The position numbers and the translations under genes are program-made. A stretch of DNA of 64,000 nucleotides from the NCBI RefSeq assembly GCF_017348835.2, contig NZ_CP071375.1; one strand, written 5' to 3'. Position 1 is the stretch's first letter. Each line of letters starts with the position of its first letter. The stretch comes from Escherichia coli. Lineage in GTDB: Bacteria; Pseudomonadota; Gammaproteobacteria; Enterobacterales; Enterobacteriaceae. Of this stretch, positions 62,794-64,000 are shown in pieces. The notes under the pieces are model-generated. The model was not told the origin of the DNA. It made no database searches and saw only the letters and a program-made list of their open reading frames with translations.

Positions 62794-62805
62794 GGGCGGC
62801 GACCT
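62794..62805. other. cosN 12-nt cohesive-end sequence (lambda type), within the cosQ-cosN-cosB region ~62700-62980
   Basis: ...ccgacaggttacg|GGGCGGCGACCT|cgcgggttttcgctatttatgaaaattttccgg... matches remembered lambda right and left termini. Confidence 0.85.
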
Positions 62806-62982
62806 CGCGGGTTTTCGCTATTTATGAAAATTTTCCGGTTTAAGGCGTTTCCGTTCTTCTTCGTCGTAACTTAATGTTTTTATTTAAAACACCCTCTGAA
62901 AAGAAAGGAAACGACAGGTGCTGAAAACGAGCTTTTTGGCCTCTGTCGTTTCCTTTCTCTGTTTTTGTCCGTGGAATGAACA

Positions 62983-63528
62983 ATGGAAGTCAACAAAAAG
63001 CAGCTGGCTGACATTTTCGGCGCGAGTATCCGTACCATTCAGAACTGGCAGGAGCAGGGAATGCCCGTTCTGCGGGGTGGTGGCAAGGGTAATGAAGTGC
63101 TTTATGACTCTGCCGCCGCCATAAAATGGTATGCCGAAAGGGATGCTGAAATTGAGAACGAAAAGCTGCGCCGGGAAGTTGAAGAACTGCGGCAGGCCAG
63201 CGAGACAGATCTCCAGCCAGGGACTATTGAGTACGAACGCCATCGACTTACGCGTGCGCAGGCCGACGCACAGGAGCTGAAAAATGCCAGAGACTCCGCT
63301 GAAGTGGTGGAAACCGCATTCTGTACTTTCGTGCTGTCGCGGATCGCAGGTGAAATTGCCAGTATTCTCGACGGGATCCCCCTGTCGGTGCAGCGGCGTT
63401 TTCCGGAACTGGAAAACCGACATGTTGATTTCCTGAAACGGGATATCATCAAAGCCATGAACAAAGCAGCCGCGCTGGATGAACTGATACCGGGGTTGCT
63501 GAGTGAATATATCGAACAGTCAGGTTAA
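62983..63528 (+). CDS. nohD: terminase small subunit Nu1 (NohD type)
   Basis: 181 aa, MEVNKKQLADIFGASIRTIQNWQEQGMPV. Near-identical to remembered lambda Nu1. Confidence 0.93.
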   Translation: MEVNKKQLADIFGASIRTIQNWQEQGMPVLRGGGKGNEVLYDSAAAIKWYAERDAEIENEKLRREVEELRQASETDLQPGTIEYERHRLTRAQADAQELKNARDSAEVVETAFCTFVLSRIAGEIASILDGIPLSVQRRFPELENRHVDFLKRDIIKAMNKAAALDELIPGLLSEYIEQSG

Positions 63529-64000
63529 CAGGCTGCGGCATTTTGTCCGCGCCGGGCTTCGCTCACTGTTCAGGCCGGAGACACAGACCGCCGTTGAATG
63601 GGCGGATGCCAATTACTATCTCCCGAAAGAATCCGCATACCAGGAAGGGCGCTGGGAAACACTGCCCTTTCAGCGGGCCATCATGAATGCGATGGGCAGC
63701 GACTACATCCGCGAGGTGAATGTGGTGAAGTCTGCCCGTGTTGGTTATTCCAAAATGCTGTTGGGTGTTTATGCCTACTTCATAGAGCATAAGCAGCGCA
63801 ACACCCTTATCTGGTTGCCGACGGATGGCGATGCCGAGAACTTTATGAAAACCCACGTCGAGCCGACCATCCGTGATATTCCATCGCTGCTGGCGCTGGC
63901 CCCGTGGTATGGCAAAAAGCACCGGGATAACACGCTCACCATGAAGCGTTTCACCAATGGGCGTGGTTTCTGGTGCCTGGGCGGTAAAGCGGCAAAAAAC
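63503..64000 (+). CDS. terminase large subunit A, N-terminal part (runs off window end)
   Basis: Absent from the ORF track because no stop is reached. Hand translation from GTG 63503 gives (M)NISNSQVNRLRHFVRAGLRSLFRPETQTAVEWADANYYLPKESAYQEGRWETLPFQRAIMNAMG, which matches remembered lambda gpA. It overlaps the nu1 end by 26 nt, as in lambda. Confidence 0.88.
   Translation, partial: MNISNSQVNRLRHFVRAGLRSLFRPETQTAVEWADANYYLPKESAYQEGRWETLPFQRAIMNAMGSDYIREVNVVKSARVGYSKMLLGVYAYFIEHKQRNTLIWLPTDGDAENFMKTHVEPTIRDIPSLLALAPWYGKKHRDNTLTMKRFTNGRGFWCLGGKAAKN

Larger units (their letters stand above)
47088..64000. mobile_element. lambdoid prophage integrated at argU (DLP12-position), continues beyond window
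   Basis: The integrase lies directly 3' of argU. It is followed by xis, early-left genes, an immunity region, replication and nin genes, Q, the porin moron, a lysis cassette, bor, cos and terminase. attR is not in the window. Confidence 0.95.

Noticed and set aside
62884-63464. 179-aa and 120-aa minus-strand ORFs over cosB and nu1.
   Set aside because: They are antisense to Nu1, which matches lambda Nu1 from memory. They are shadow ORFs.

Overview
The window is an Escherichia coli chromosome segment, colinear from memory with the K-12 cueR to argU region. Gene order: cueR, ybbJ-qmcA, fetAB, cnoX, ybbO, tesA, ybbAP, mnmH, the all/gcl/glx allantoin regulon, purEK, lpxH, ppiB, cysS, ybcIJ, folD, the sfm fimbrial operon, fimZ and argU. 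All identifications rest on the supplied ORF translations, remembered K-12 and lambda protein sequences, synteny and motifs read by eye; no searches were run.

Three segments differ from K-12:
- Bases 1-3360: the end of a type I secretion (HlyD) locus abutting cueR, then a small AT-flanked island with a short YadA-anchor adhesin, a lipoprotein, a small membrane protein and an HTH protein.
- Bases 11943-12468: an Rhs-free ybbP-mnmH junction. It holds an untracked 27-codon DinQ/TisB-like peptide ORF whose SD sits in a palindrome, which makes it a candidate type I toxin locus.
- Bases 47088-64000: a mosaic lambdoid prophage at argU that extends past the window. It combines a DLP12-type int (frameshifted), Q, nmpC/ipeX, lysis genes and bor; a yfdPQRST-like early-left module; a cI/cro/YdaT-type immunity region; an iteron-bearing replication gene; nin-region genes (LexA-DBD-only protein, RusA, KilA-N, DUF968); and lambda-type cos/Nu1/A.

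The most interesting stretch is 51070-52320, between the early-left genes and cI:
- A roughly 400-nt GC-rich segment with no convincing ORF and many long helices.
- A convergently oriented 171-aa coiled-coil plus zinc-ribbon gene with its own terminator.
- A 19-nt motif present in inverted copies on both sides of that gene.
- An rrn-type boxA just downstream of OL, with no N-like ORF nearby.

I read this as a candidate prophage accessory module (RNA plus protein; defence or exclusion, or RNA-based antitermination), but that is inference only. No CRISPR array, rRNA or IS element was seen.
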